Shown one piece after another: positions 26,601 through 38,656 of a stretch of 64,000 nucleotides of DNA (position 1 is its first letter; every line of letters starts with the position of its first letter). The notes under the pieces are model-generated. The model had not been told where the DNA came from. It ran no database searches and saw only the letters and a program-made list of their open reading frames with translations. The stretch is from Pristiophorus japonicus (taxonomy: Eukaryota), in contig NC_091991.1 in the NCBI RefSeq assembly GCF_044704955.1, positions 148,366,001 through 148,430,000 of the forward strand, in the 5' to 3' direction. A program made the translations under genes and the position numbers.

Positions 26601-26861
26601 CTGCACATGTCATGGTGACCCTTGACCTCCAGAATCGAGCATTGCCATGCCATTGCTAAGGACGGCCACACTTTACGGCAGAAGGTCAAAAAAATTTTAC
26701 ACTACCGTCCATTTGAGATCGCTCACGGTAATGCCCATTTTCAAAAATGTAAACTAGGTGTTTTGAGAATGGGCGAGAAGCTGGCGATCTCTTTTTTTAC
26801 CGCCCATGCGGAAATAATGCCCATTTTTGGGCGATAACCTCAAAAGTGGAGGTTCTAGCCC
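23691..26861. mobile_element. Non-autonomous PIF/Harbinger element (3.17 kb) with Myb gene only
   Basis: TIRs GAGCTATAATCCCCACTTTT / AAAAGTGGAGGTTCTAGCCC (16/20); degenerate AAT TSD (TAT/AAC); host LTR resumes on both sides. Confidence 0.85.
24692..26447 (-). pseudogene. Three-exon Myb/SANT-like (MSANTD-like) gene remnant
   Basis: Exon 1 ~26447-26138 (KRARRFSDE..IWTEIA..QCRKRWNDL), exon 2 25868-25712 (RRTGWG..ITEMEERVLALM), exon 3 from 25426; GT-AG sites with consistent phases; in-frame stop and frameshifts. Confidence 0.82.
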
Positions 26862-28059
26862 AACAAAACCCCAGTCAGTTGAGTCTAGGTCATCCACGAT
26901 GAGGTATGCAGTTGTGATCTCAGTGGATGAACTGGTAATGTGTAGTGTGATTGTTAAACCTTTGTTAATAAACCAATTAGTTCTTAACAGCAATGTGTTG
27001 CTATGAATTCTTAAGCAAAGAACCCATGAAGCAAATACACTACAGATGGGGCCTCATCCTCTGATGGTGCAGCTTAGATTTTTGTGCTCAAGTCTCTGGA
27101 ATGGGGCTTGAACACACAACCTTCCAACTCAGAGGCATGAGTGCGACCACTGAACAATGGCTGAACACCTTCATTACACTCTAAGCAGCAAGGTTCATGT
27201 TTATTTTGGGATCTAGCACATCAGAGGCCACTTTGACATTAGAGGATGCTAAAATAAACCCAGGCCAAGAGCGAGGTGAATGCCCATCTTTAAATCCATT
27301 ATGAGTACAGTTCATGTCAGTTCATGAATGCCATGATTGGGAGGAAGCAAGCTGTCTGTGGCTGCTTGAAATATGCATTTTCCTTTCAAATGATAGCTAT
27401 GCTTTATGCGTGCTCATTTCTCTTCGCTTTGTGTTAAGAACATCTTTGAGCGGGATACTGCAATGATAACAACCTCTTTAGCCATCCAGTCAGCTGAAAA
27501 CCTGAAATCTGCCGTATCTAGTTCTTTCCTAGAGTCTTGCCATAGTACTCCAGTATCTGTACCAGTGTAACCCTATGTGATCTTCAATATTACCATGCAA
27601 TTTGACATCATGAAAGTACCAAAATTAATAAAGCATGAGGTAATCACTTAAAACATGTGTGGAGCCTATTAATTACCATTCATTAAATGAGTCTTAGCAT
27701 GAAAAATTCCAAAGATTTAATCTGCCCCATAGATCTTAGATCACTTTAGAAAAAAATAGTTATGAGCTTTAGTTGCCCAAAATTATTTCAACATCTGCCA
27801 AGTTTCTGCTCCCAGCTGCTTACCATTAGATTTGAACATCATTATGCAAGGAGAATGAAGAACATCAGTAAATTCAACAAGCAGAATAATTAGCAGAAAA
27901 ACAAATAAGCATCTTGTAGGCATTTTTGGGCCTGCTCCGTGCTAATTTGTGAATCTACGTGTAGAGCAGTAACAGGTATGAAACTCAACTGGACTGTTGT
28001 GGTACAGCTAGATTTTGACAAACAGTTCTTGGTAATCCAATGTAGGAGTGTATCAGTTG

Positions 28060-28410
28060 TGTCTGACACTCCAGTACAGTACTGAAGGAGTGCTGCACTA
28101 CTGGAGGTGCCTTCATTCGGATGAGTTATTAAACCGAGGTCCTGTCTACCTTCTTGGGTGCATTCGAAAACCAGCAGGGGAGTTCTCCCCGTTGTCCTGG
28201 CCAATATTTATTCCTCAACTGACATCACTAAAAAACAGATTATCTGGTCATTATCACATTGCTGTTTGTGGGACCTTGCTGTGGGCAAATTGACTGCTGT
28301 GTTTCCTTCATTACAACCGTGACAAATTTCAAAAGTACTTCATTGGCTGTAAAGCACCTTGGCAGGCCCTGAGGTCATGAAAGGAGCTATATAAATGCAA
28401 GTTCTTTCTC
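28060..28410 (+). mobile_element. SacSINE1-like DeuSINE lacking head
   Basis: Body and tail match other copies. Confidence 0.85.
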
Positions 28411-28849
28411 TGTTTTACTAGGAAGTCACATTATTGGGAAGAGCATGTCATTGGAGGTGGTGAAAAGTGGGAGACCACTTCATAACACAATCTGAAGAGC
28501 AGCAGGAGAAGTGAACAGACTGCAATAACATGAAAAATAATTATGAAAGGGACATGGTGGCCATTGTGACAAAGAGGGAAGAAAATACTACCCGACCTGA
28601 GAGCAGGGAGCGAATGACGTCAGCAAAGGAGGACACAAAGTGCAATGCACAACAGAAAGAGAAAAGACCTTCGAGCCGACAAGAGCCATAGAAAGGCGCG
28701 TGAGAAGAGATATTAGTAGCGAAGCCAAACATCTCTTTGCGAGCAACTAAAAAGATGTAAAGCGGCTAAGCACATGCAGGCAGCTAAAGGGACAATTTAC
28801 AGTCCAGGATCAGCAGAAAGAATGGAAGAAAAATCCTTGTTATAGTCAT

Positions 28850-29016
28850 AGATGCATTTAAGGGGAATCGAGATAAACATACGAGGGAGAAAGGAATAAA
28901 AGGTTATGCTAATACAGTTATATGAAGTAGGCTGGGACGAGTCTTATGTGGAGGCATAGACCAGTTGGGCATAATGGTCTGTTTCTTTACTGCACTTTCT
29001 ATGTAATTCTATGTAT
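28850..29016 (+). mobile_element. CR1 3' fragment
   Basis: GATGCATTTAAGGGGAA..(TTCTATGT) tail. Confidence 0.75.
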
Positions 29017-29397
29017 GCTCTTTGGGCAGTATTAGAGCTGCAGACAGATATAGGGCAAGCTTAAGGACACTTGAGAAGTTTAGCAACATCATAGCAACTA
29101 TGCAATGGTTTGCAGGCATGAGAAGAGCTGATAAAGGAAAAGGGCAGAAAAAGTAGAGAGGCAATGTGGAAATAATTAACAGGATAGGAACATCACAAGA
29201 GATGTTTAATTATTTATTAGTGCACTGGGTATCATTACAGCATGTAGTCAAAATTTACTTGTAGCAAGAACAGATGTTTTATGAATTTGTCCCTAATGAT
29301 TAAATAGGTGCACCGAAAGGATTGGACACAATTGTACTAGGGTATCAACAGGTGTGCCATAACCATGTTCCAGGAGGCCGACTTCTGTTTAATGTTA

Positions 29398-30025
29398 GGC
29401 CAGAATTTGCTGTCAAAATAACGGTGAGGCTGATGGTGTTGCCATTATTTATGTGTAAATGGTACAGAAACTTCAGGTGAGGAGCAGATGTGTGGATAAA
29501 TTTAAAATTGCTGTCCAGTTCTGCCGCTCCGCCATTAGCTTTGAGAAAATGGCACCTCATTGTCTGCCTCACCATTGACATTGAACGTCATGAAGTTGTT
29601 GTATTTGCGCAGTAGATAAGAACTAAACGCAACACAGATATTGAGGGCTAATAATTAAGCATTATCATTGTTAATTACTGCAAGTAAACAATAAAATTAA
29701 TTATTACAAGTGTAGACTTTCATTCCTTCAGGTTTAGAATGGAGAGATTTTAAAAATGTCAAATTTTACATTACATTTTTTTTCTTACTTTTCCTATTGA
29801 TTTCTTTTTTCTGTCTTAAGCAATTCTTTCTTTCCATCTCTTTATTTCTAGTTCTGTACCTGATTTGACAATGAATTCACCCCTTTAATCCACCCTCCTT
29901 CTCAGTCCTTCCGTTGTTTATTTCCCAATCCTTAAATCTCATTGGTTGAGGAGATACCCTTTTGTTTTTCCTGTTCACTCAGGTCCCAGATGCTTGCAAT
30001 TTCAGCAACTTTGTGGACAAAACTT
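29398..30025. mobile_element. Possible truncated Harbinger-type MITE
   Basis: Begins GGCCAGAATTTGCTG, similar to the TIR at 51710-51726; no partner TIR seen. Confidence 0.35.
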
Positions 30026-30079
30026 TTTTGACCTGTGGCTTGGTGTCAAATTTTGTCTGATAACGCTTGTGTGAAGCAC

Positions 30080-30605
30080 ATCTCAAAGTGCTTCACAGGG
30101 GCGTTATGAGACAAAATGTGACACCAAGCCACATAAGAAGATGTTAGAGCAAGTGAAAGAAATATGTTTTAAGGAGTATCTTAAAGGAGGAATGAGAGGT
30201 AGAAAGGTGGAGAGGTTTAGGGAGGAAATTTCAGAACTTAGGGTCTAAGGCAGCTGAAGATACGGCCAGCAATGGTGGACTGATTAAAATCGGGGATAAA
30301 AAAAGGCCAGAATTGGAGAAGCACAAAGATCTCGAAGGGTTGTAGGGCTGGAGGAGGTTACAGAAATAAGGAGGGGTGAGGCCAAGGAGTGATTTGAAAA
30401 CATGGATGAGAATTTTAAAATCGAGGTACTGCTGGACTGGGAACCAATGTAGGTCAGCGAGCACAGGGTTGATAGGTGAACAGGACTTGGTGTGAGTTCG
30501 GATATGGGCAGCAGAGTTTTGGATGAGCTCAAGTTTACGGTAGGGTGCAAGGTGGGAGACGAACCAGGAGAGCGTTGCGATAGTCAAGTTTAGAGGTAAC
30601 AAAGG
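30080..30605 (-). mobile_element. L2 LINE 3' fragment
   Basis: FVTSKLDY.N, KLELIQNSAA, PINPVLADLHWFPV...DFKIL. Confidence 0.88.
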
Positions 30606-31039
30606 ACAGCAGAGAACTGTCAGTAATTTCTATAGTCGTATAGCAGAGATGGAAAAATCTGAAACAGTGGCAGAAAATTAGTGTGCCACGTACGCAGATC
30701 AAGTACGTGTAACTAAAGCACACAGATGTAGGTTCTGGAAATGATCTTACGAAGTTTATGGCTTGCAGCTGTAAGCTTGTGTTTGCAATGACTGTTATAC
30801 ACTTTTTTCCCCATGTAATTGACCAAAATACCATTGAGACTTGCTGCAGAGCAATGCGCACTCCTTATGCTCCTGATGCACCCACCCAAAGTATAAAATC
30901 ACCAATTGGCGCCCGTAGGATAATTATAATCAACAAATGCATCGAGTGCGGAATTAGATTTCCAATCACGATGTGGTCATCCTGGTCTTACTGCGAAAAT
31001 AAATTCAAATTAAATTATAGTGTCAAATTTATCTGTTTG

Positions 31040-31118
31040 TCTGTAACACTGTTGTGAAGCGCTTTGGAACATTTTACGATGTTAAAGACGCTATATAAAT
31101 AAAAGTTATTATTATTAA
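31040..31118 (+). mobile_element. L2-type tail fragment
   Basis: TGTGAAGCGCTTTGG..CGCTATATAAATAAAAGTTATTATTATTA. Confidence 0.65.
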
Positions 31119-31647
31119 AGTTATTATAAAGCATGCAATAAAAACAGTTGATCTGTCAATTGAATGCATCTGACCTAGTATAAATATATTCTTACACAAT
31201 GTAGGCACTTACGACATTTCTTTTGAACGTTACAAGGTTTGTTCATTTGTCCTAAAAGCATTTCAAACTCTAGAAATGTCAGTTCTCTTTCCTCTTGCCC
31301 ACCCCCACCCCCTTCCCATCCACCCCCTGCCCCCAGCTGGGTCTAGCCAGCGACTGTGCACCATCAATTTTTACAGCAGGTGGGCTCGGGCCCTCAGTCG
31401 GAAATTTGAGAGCCTGTGTGTGCAGCTCTTACAAACTGACGCTGGGCATTGCATTGCGTTCAGGCTCAGCAGAAGCAGGGCATCGACGTGCAAGGAACTG
31501 TCTTCCGAAGGGAGCATGCTAAAATCTGGCCTTTTAAATGACAACACTTTGTCATGTGGATATAGTTTTCATCACACAGATTTGAAAGTTGTCACCATTA
31601 AAAGGGCAAAGCAGCTAATTCAAAGCAATCACAACTTCTCCTCTTAA

Positions 31648-32120
31648 TGTCAGCTGTGGCTCAGTGGGTAGCACTCTTGCTTCTGAGTCAGAAGGTTATA
31701 GGTTCAAGGCCCACATCAAGCACTTGAACACACAATCTATGCTGACACGTCAGTGCAGTGCTGAAGTGAGTGCTGCAGTGTCAGAGGTGCCATCTTTCGA
31801 ATGAGACATTAAACCGAGGCTCCGACTGCCCTCTCAGGTGGATGTAAAAGATCCCATGGGACTGTTTGAAGAAGAGCAGGGGTATTCTCTCTGGTGTCCT
31901 GGCCAATATTTATCCCTCAACCAACATCACTAAAACGAATGATCTGGCCTTTAACTCATTGCTGTTTGTGGGAAATTGAAGTGCGCAAATTGGCAGCCGT
32001 GTTCCCTACATTACAACAGTGTCTACACTCCAAAAGTACTTCATTGGCTGTAAAGTGCTTTGTGCCGTCCAGAGATGGTGAAAGGTGCTAAATAAATGCA
32101 AGTCATTTTCCTTCGTTCTT
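31648..32120 (+). mobile_element. SacSINE1-like DeuSINE, full length
   Basis: A box GTGGCTCAGTGG, B box GGTTCAAGGCC, body, tail. Confidence 0.9.
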
Positions 32121-32699
32121 TCTTTCTTTGACTCTATACCTGGAACACTGCATTGTACCTCCAAGCACCACGAAAGAGGTGGAATTTGGAGAACTTAATT
32201 TTTTCACTTGATGATACTTTGGATTTTATTCCGATGTAATTTGTTAGCATTATTTTTGGTTGTTAAATGGGTGATGTTACACTGCCCATTTCTATTGCCC
32301 CTGTCCAATGAGATCAAGTCATCTTTCCCCCCCTTTATCTGTCTGGTCGGGTGGCTGGGATCCACTTTAGCTATTGAAATCCAGTTATGGTAGAATCGCG
32401 GATGATCGATTTCAAGTGTCTACTCTCCCTTGAACTAATGCCATGTTCACATTCCCACACGTTTGTGAGTTTATGATTCCATTTGTCCCTTAAGCATGGG
32501 GCCATTTATACCATGGAGTATAGCTGATAGTAAGAGACGCGTGTGTCTCCAGTCAGTTGCAATCCTGTAATATGAAAATACCTTTCGAGCAGTTAATGGG
32601 GCCCTTCTCAAACTCATGCAAGGGAAACAATTAGCTAGCCACAAACTAATTCCCTGTATATTTCAATAATAAAACATTGCTGAATATGAACAGCATATT

Positions 32700-34445
32700 T
32701 ATTGATTACAAGAGTTACGTTGAGGGATGAGGCCGATTAGGGACCAAAAAGAAGACTTATGCATGGCGGCAGAGGGTATGGCTAAGGTACTAAATGAATA
32801 CTTTACATCTGTCTTCACCAATGAAGAGGATGTTGCTATAGACATAGTGAAGCAGGAGGTAGTGGAGACACTTTATAGGATAAAAATTGATCGAGGTATT
32901 TGAAAGGCTGGCTGTACTTAAAGTAGATAAATCACCAAGAGCGGATGGGATGCATCCTAGGATGCAGAGGGAATTGAGGGCGGAAATTGTATAAAAACTG
33001 GCCATAATATTCCAATCCTCCATAGATATGGGGATGGTGCCAGAGGACTGGAGAATTGCAAATGTTACACCCTTGTTCAAAAAAAGGTGTAAAGGTAAAC
33101 CCAGCAACTACAGGCCAGTCAGTTTAATTTTGGTATTGGGGAAGCTTTTAAAAACAGTAATCAGGGACAAAATTAACAGTTACTTGGATAGGTGTGGATT
33201 AATTAAGGAAATCCAGCATGGATTTGTTAAAGGCAAATCATGTTTAACTAACGTGATCAAAATTTTTGATGAGATAACAGAGAGGGTTGATGAGGGTAAT
33301 GCGGTTGACGTAGTGCACATGGATTTCCAAAAGGCGTTCGACAAAGTGCCACATAATAGCAAAGTTGAAGCCCATGGAATAAAAGGGGCAGCATGGATAC
33401 AGAATTGGCTAAGTGATAGGAAACAGAGAGTAGTGGTGAACAGTTATTTTTCGGACTGAAGGAAGGTTTGCGGTGGTGTTCCCCAGGGGTCTGTTTTGGG
33501 ACCACTGCTTTTCTTGATATATATTAATGATTGGATGTGGTTGTACAGGGCACAATTTCAAAATTTGCAGATGACACAAAACTTGGAAGTATAGTAAACA
33601 GTGAGGAGGAGAGTGATAGACTTCAGGAAGACATAGACAAGCTGGTGAAATGGGTGGAAACGTGGTAGATGAAATTTAATGCAGAAAAGTGTGAAGTGAT
33701 ACATTTTGGTAGAAAAATGAGGAGAGGACATATAAACTAAATGGTATAATCCTAAAGGAGGTGCACGAACAGAAAGACCTGGGGGTATATGTGCACAAAT
33801 CGTTGAAGGTGGCAGGGCAGGTTGAGAAAGCAGTTAAAAAAGGCTTATGAGAGCCTGGGCTTCATATATAAAGGTATAGAGCATAAAAGTGTGGACATTA
33901 TAATAACCCTGTATAAAACACAGGTTCGACCCCAACTGAAATATTCTGTCCAAATCTGGGCACCACACTTTAGGAAGGATGTGAAAGCTTTCAAGAAAAT
34001 GAAGAAAAGATTTATGAGAATGATTCCAGAGATGAGGGACTTCAGTTATGTTGACAGACTGGAGAAGCTGGGGTTGATCTCCTTGGAGCAGAGAAGATTG
34101 AGAGGAGACTTGATAGAAGTATTTAAAATCAGGAGGGGTCTAGACAGAGTAGAGAGAAACTGTTCCCATTGGCAGAAGGATCCAGAACTAGAGGACACAG
34201 ATTTAAGGTGATTGGCAAAAGAACCAAAGGTGAAGCAAGTGGTTAAGATCTGGAATATACTACCTGAAAGGGTGGTGGAGACAGACTCAATCTTATCTTT
34301 CAAAAGGGAGTTGGATAAGTATCTGAAGGAAAAAAAATGGCAGAGCTATGGGGAAAGGGCGAGGAAGTGGGATTAGTTGAGAGCCGGCACGGGTTCAACG
34401 GGTCAAAATGCCTTCCGTGCTGTAACCCATCTATCATTCTATGAT
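32700..34445 (+). mobile_element. 5'-truncated CR1 LINE (RT region to 3' end)
   Basis: [63 protein letters not shown]. Confidence 0.95.
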
Positions 34446-35276
34446 GAGGTGAGCTGTGAATCGTTAGACATAAGAACATAAGAAATAAGAACATGAGTAG
34501 GCCATATGGTCCCTCAAGCCTGCTCCGCCATTCAATAAGATCATGGCTGATCCGACCATGGACTCAGATCCACTTCCCCGCCCGCTCCCCATAACTCCTT
34601 ATCCCCCTATCGTTTAAGAAACTGTCTATTTCTGTCTTAAATTTATTCAATGTCTCAGCTTCCACAGCTCTCCGAGGCAGTGAATTCCACAGATTTACAA
34701 CCCTCTGAGAGAAGAAATTCCTCCTCATCTCTGTTTTAAATGGGCAGCCCCTTATTCTAAGATCATGCCCTTTCGTTCTCATCTCCCTCATCAGTGGAAA
34801 CATCCTCTCTGCATCCATCTTGTCAAGCCCCCTCATAATCTTATACGGTTCAATAAGATCATCTCTCATTCTTCTGAATTTCAATGAGTAGAGGCCCAAC
34901 CTACTCAACCTTTCCTCATAAGTCAACCCCCTCATCCCCAGAATCAACCTAGTGAACCTTCGCTGAACTGCCTCCAAAGCAAGTATATCCTTTCATAAAT
35001 ATGGAAACTGTCATGTATCCTACATAGCTATTGTTGGTACTATCACAAGGTGTGCCACCAGAGGGCACAGCAGTGGGAGACTTGCAGGTTACCTGTACAG
35101 GTGTGCCTGGCCTAGTATAAAAGGCAGGCCACCAGCTGTAATCCTCACTCTGGAGTTAACAAATAAAGGACTAAGGTCACTACAGTTCAAGTACAACACA
35201 TTGCCTCGTGGAGTCATTATTAGAGCATCCAAGGACACAACAATTAGCGACGAGATTATGAACTTTCACGCAAAAA

Positions 35277-36095
35277 TGGCTACCCTTGTTATGTTGCAGC
35301 AGTTTGCCGATGGTGATGATTGGGACGCCTTTGTGGAGAGGCTCGACCATTTCTTCACAGCAAATGACCTGGCAGGAGATGACCCGGCCACACTGGCTGA
35401 TAAGCACAGAGCTATCCTGCTAACCAGTTGTGGGCCCACCGTCTATGGCCTCATCAGGGACTTGCTGGCACCAGCGAATACAATGACCAAGACATATGAG
35501 GAGCTCGTAAACCTGATCCATGAGCAATTCTAGCCCAAAGAAGAGCATCCTCACAGCCAGACACCAGTTCTACACCCACCGACGGCCTGAAGACCAGGAA
35601 ATCGTGAAATACACCGCAGACCTCAGGAGGCTGGCGGCACCATGTGATTTCGGCAACCACCTCAACGAAGCACTGCGGGACATTTTTGTCATTGGAATCG
35701 GCCCTGAGGGCCTTCTTCGTAAGCTATTGTCGGCGGATACCACAGTCACACTGCAAAAGGCCATCTCTGTGAGCCAGGCATTCACGACCTCGACCTGAGG
35801 CTCTAGGCAGATGACTCACCCTCAGGACTCAAACTCGGCAGGTACAGTGCACTGAGTGGCGCTTTTTAGAGGCTGGACTGTAGAACGCGAACCCTCTCAG
35901 GGGAGACAGAACAGGCTCCCGAGTCCCTTAACTCAGAATCCACCGAGGGGGGCTAATCGAGTAGCTCCATGCTGGCGTTGTGGAGGGAATCACAGGGCTC
36001 ACCAGTGCCGCTTTAAAGACTATGTATGCAAGGGCTGCAGCACAAAGGGCCACCTCCAGCGAATGTGTAAGAGAAATATGACACTGTGTCGATGA
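35277..36095 (+). pseudogene. gag remnant
   Basis: DWDAFVERLDHFF.AND, LRDIFVIGI, zinc knuckles CWRCGGNHRAHQC and CKGCSTKGHLQRMC; stops and frameshifts. Confidence 0.88.
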
Positions 36096-36209
36096 AGAGT
36101 CTGCAGATGGCCAGGAATCCAGCGCGGATTATGAAATAATAGGCAGAGGCAGCTCAACCCCACGATGAGGTATATAGCATGTTTACCTCCACTGCCAAGT
36201 GTTCCCTGT

Positions 36210-37488
36210 TGAGGATGGAAGGCGAGATAAATGGCGTTCCAGTCTCCATGGAAGTGGACACGGGGGTGAACCAGTCAGTAATGAATCAAGAAGCCTTTGA
36301 GAGGCTATGGGACAATCAAGCTGAACGATCCAGAGGGTCCCGATTCAGGCAAAACTGCGCATCTACACTGATGAACTTATCCCAGTCGTTGGTAGTGTGA
36401 ATGTAAAGGTACTCCATGATGACGCAGTGCACAAGTTACCTTTCTGGATTGTTGCAGGTGATGGACCAATGCTGCTCGGCTGAAGGTGGATGGAGAAGAT
36501 CCATTGGAAGTGGGAAGACTTCACCCCTCCAGCGATCGACGTCCTCCACGTTCGGAGGCACAGCAAGCCCTCACTTGAGGTTGGATCCGGCACCAGAGAG
36601 CAGACCAGCACAGCACCCGAGACACAGACCAATCAGCACGACTGCGTGGAGATGATCCAGCTGAGACGACCCGAACGCACCTTCCAGGCTCCAGCGGCAG
36701 GACTCCGGAGGAAGAAAATCGGATCCAAAGGTGACTTCCCAGCTTCGATGGCAGAACCCGGGGAGAAGAGAATCACAGCAGTCGACATCGTGGATGGAGG
36801 AAAGATGGCGCCCAAACCACAAGGTGAGGCGCAGAAGAAAAAGATGGCGGCGGCCAGACCATGAGGTGCAGAGCTGACACCAAACGGAGAAGCGGATTGG
36901 GATAAAGAAAGCAAGGCTCTCTTAAAGGAGGCCTGCAACCCACTACAATTAAAGGGACAGTTCCACACACTCAAGCAATGTAATAGCAACTGTAAGTTAG
37001 AGATAAAAAGTGTGACTGACGATCAGAGTTGTGTACATGCAATAAGCAAGGAAAAGTCATGCGATCATGTAAAATGTGTAAATGATGATCAGAATTGTGT
37101 ACATGCAACCAGCGAGGAAAAGTTGCGCGATCGTGATCGGAGCTACAGAGTATCCACAATAAGTAATGAAAAGTTGTGCGATGTAGGATTTCAACCACCA
37201 GCAGCCAATACACACAAGCTGCACAGCAAGCGATCTCAGGAGGGCAATGGCACCGGTATCGATACCCTGCCCCTGATCGGCTGCAGCTCTCAGGCACCCG
37301 ATGGCACCAACCACCACGAGCCTGAAAGAGCAAACTGTGCTAAGGCGCAGCCCCCATTGCCACCAAGGCCATATCCGGAAACAAAGGGTCACCCGCTACA
37401 GTCCCCCCAAAGGGAACCGGGAGCAGCCAGGATCCCAAACCAAACAACGCCCAGGCTAGCGAGTCAGCAGTTCCCTGTGCACTGCTAG
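36210..37488 (+). pseudogene. Aspartic protease remnant fused in-frame to an unknown region
   Basis: GVPVSMEVDTG; LPFWIVAGDGPMLLG*RW; the same frame runs 36361-37488 with only two internal TGA stops. Confidence 0.72.
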
Positions 37489-38656
37489 ACAACAGCCCCT
37501 CAGGGAGCAGCAGTGACCCAGGGCGCAAAGAAAGGACAGGGAGGTCACAGGCATCTGTGAACCTGCCCGACGCTAGGAACCACGGCAACAGCCCCAAGAG
37601 CAGGTAACTTGAGCCAACGGGGTTCCCACTGCCAGCACTGGGCACCGCGCCGCCATCAAAATGCAGGACACCATCCAGCAGCTCTGGAGCTAGTTTGTCC
37701 TTACGCATCGGTCACCGCATCGATAATGTATCTCACCAGTCTAACGTACTGGTCTCACAACGGAACCACAAATGTAATGCAAACTTGTTTTTCTGAACTT
37801 GAATGTGTATGAATGCAATAAGCCTCCAGCATAATCTATATGTGGGGGGGTGGGGAGAATGGAGTGGTCAGGGACACACACAAACAGCAACCACCAGCAC
37901 TCTACTGCACCAACCATTCACCCAAGATTGAAATAACCTGCCAAGGGTCAACCAAATAGAGCCCAGAGCACAGTCAATGCAGAGGCGATTTGCACTAAAG
38001 GCTTTGGGGAGAGTGATGTCATGTATCCTACATGGCTACTGTTGGTACTATCATAAGGTTTGCCACCAGAGGGAACAGCAGTGGGAGACTTGTAGGTTAC
38101 CAGTACAGGTGTGCCTGGCCTAGTATAAAAGGCAGGCCACCAGGTGTAATCCTCACTGTAGAGTTAACAAATAAAGTACTAAGGTCACTACAGTTCAAGT
38201 ACAACACATTGTCTCGTGGAGTCATTATTAGAGCATGCAAGGACACAACAGAAACCAAAACTGCACGCAGTATTCCAGATGTGGCCTCACCAATACCTTG
38301 TATAGCTGTAGCAAGACTTCCCTGCTCCTATACTTTATCCCCTTTGCAATAAAGGCCAAGATACTATCCTTTTGTGTTTCATGCACAAGTACCCCCAGGT
38401 CCCACTGTACTGTGGCACTTTGCAATCTCTCTCCATTTAAATAATAACTTGCTCTTTGATTTTTTTCTGCCAAAGTGCATGACCTCACACTTTCCAACAG
38501 TATACTCCATCTGCCAAATTTTTGCCCACTCATTTAGCCTGTCTATGTCATTTTGCAGATTGTTTGTGTCCTCCTCACACATTGCTTTTCCTCCCATCTT
38601 TATATCATCAGAAAACTTGGCTACGTTACACTCAGTCCCTTCTTCCAAGTCGTTAA

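Larger units (their letters stand above)
23135..27044 (+). mobile_element. Solo LTR (same family as 4679-4952) split by two insertions
   Basis: TGTAATGTAT...ATACACTACA; TSD GACGG/GATGG; pieces 23135-23169, 23646-23690 and 26862-27044 align end to end with the 4679 copy. Confidence 0.87.
22880..27165 (-). mobile_element. SacSINE1-like DeuSINE hosting nested insertions
   Basis: SINE 3' part 22880-23134; 5' part resumes 27045-27165. Confidence 0.82.
35009..38250 (+). mobile_element. Complete non-autonomous Gypsy-like LTR element (gag-PR-unknown; no RT/RH/IN)
   Basis: 234-bp LTRs 35009-35242 and 38017-38250; TSD GAAAC; PBS-like TAGCGACGAG; PPT GGGGAGAGTGA. Confidence 0.93.
34468..38656 (-). mobile_element. 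CR1 LINE 3' part interrupted by an LTR element
   Basis: (CATAAGAA)n tail at 34468; ORF2 C-terminus; resumes at 38251 (HLEYCVQFW, KFSDDIK). Confidence 0.93.

Noticed and set aside
28440-28790. Purine-rich coding-like stretch
   Set aside because: Short frames only; no family assignment possible
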